From Vitrella brassicaformis CCMP3155 (lineage: Eukaryota > Protista > Chromerida), in NCBI GenBank assembly GCA_001179505.1, contig CDMY01000022.1:62001-126000 (forward strand): a DNA stretch of 64,000 nucleotides. Reading direction: 5' to 3'. Both the position numbers and the translations under genes were made by a program. This document shows positions 63,001 through 64,000 of this stretch, piece after piece. Position 1 is the stretch's first letter, and each line of letters opens with the position of its first letter. The notes beneath the pieces are model-generated. The model was not told the DNA's origin, ran no database searches, and was given only the letters and a program-made list of their open reading frames with translations.

Positions 63001-64000
63001 TGCCGTGTGCAGGTGCAGAATGTCATGTCTGCGTTGATCAGCCAGATGGGAGAAGACCCCAAGTACGGGCTGTCCGTCGGATTGTCATGTCTCGCTCCCC
63101 CTTTCTCTTCTGTGTCTGTGTGTGTCAGCCACCCGCTGCACGCGTACAGTGAGTTTTTCGACTTCTGCGAGAGCCAGCTCAACATCACCAGCCAGAGCCT
63201 CTCTCGCCTCCCCCTCAGAACCGTCTCAAACCTCAACAGAGCCAAAGTGGTCAGTCAAACAAACAATCAATCGATCAAGCAATCATCTAGTGAGCCAGTG
63301 CCATGATGCAACACACTTGTGTGTGTCGACGAACAAACAACGCAGGACGTGAATGAGGATTTCGGGCGGTTTCTGGACGAGGTGTACTTCGATGCGGGCA
63401 TCGAGGGCCGCAAGGCGTCCGTGCCAGCCGCAATCTCTGCACCCATCGTGCCGAAGCGGCGGGAGTCTCGCCTCGGCACCCTCGGCACCACGAGCGACCC
63501 AGGGCCGGAACCGCCCTCGCCAGCCCTCCTGCCACGCAACTTGGAGGACAAAGCTCACAAACAGATGGACCTCCTGATTCCCACAACACACACTGCCGCA
63601 GCAGTAGCAGTGACACCCGCAGACCAGCTGCAGCAGCAGCATGGGTCATCGCGTGATGAACAAGAGCTGGCCTCCGTCGTCGTGCCCTCGGGCGACAGCG
63701 GCTCCGTCGGTCTAGTCCCCAGCTTTTTCGGCGACCGAAGCTCGTCGCGTCACGTCACGGCCGAGATTGACAGCAATTCGGGCAGCACCAACGTCGTGAG
63801 CAACCTGATATCGTCCATCAACAGCACCACCAAGGTGGCTATCGACACGACTAAGGCGGCCATCGAGGGGCTGGGCACGTCACTGGGGCTCCGCAGCCGC
63901 GCCAGACACGGCTCTACCAACTCAACGAAGACGGCCAGGGAGGCGGCCGTCACGGAACCGTCGCAACGAGAGCACCAGAGGCATGACAGCGACCTGGGGC
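60080..64000 (+). pseudogene. 5'-truncated, frameshifted multi-pass membrane protein gene resembling the N-terminal TM module of alveolate cyclic-nucleotide phosphodiesterases; runs off the window
   Basis: Spliceable exons SVVNIVKQIE...FYTFFT|RFDPWLEEEYQ|DYKNDYTRYILSIFLLVFLLLFP|VINLYRYFF...|IFIFCLSL...|LSGRRNDIE...RAFSYG|HMQYLQ...GTSRLEDTVGSLKK|.... Coding-like frame changes near 60410, 60900-60940, 61313 and 62716. No catalytic domain within the window. Confidence 0.5.

Overview
Eukaryotic, GC-rich, intron-dense scaffold segment with six ~300-N gaps. Nearly all introns are filled with (GT)n/(CA)n/(GGAT)n/(GTCT)n/(GA)n microsatellites. That style, several nuclear genes with bipartite plastid leaders, and a close match to apicomplexan MORN1 point to a chromerid alveolate, most likely Vitrella brassicaformis (inference). 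I spliced genes by eye from GT/GC-AG sites and phase continuity. About 15 apparently intact genes are present, mostly in head-to-head pairs: plastid ACP-like, two orphan plastid proteins, stomatin-like 2, PUF6/PUM3, a PH-domain protein, tyrosine aminotransferase, ALG14, EF-hand+TMEM65, an AAAP transporter, plastid rpl17, an FMRP/FXR-like protein, a PAN-domain membrane protein and DUF1917. The top finding is a phase-consistent spliced chimera at 10407-13568 (-): the CDC48/p97 N and D1 domains, with Walker B, sensor-1 and arginine-finger substitutions and no D2, fused to a coiled coil and a C-terminal RING. The second is a full-architecture FMRP/FXR-like gene (Agenet-Agenet-KH0-KH-KH-RGG) in an alveolate. 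From 51 to 64 kb the window is a mosaic of duplicated or broken genes (MORN1 x3, HOP1 5' fragment, coiled-coil gene x2, frameshifted multi-TM gene), partly confounded by scaffold gaps. No rRNA, tRNA or CRISPR array was seen. Protein assignments come from remembered family motifs, not database searches.
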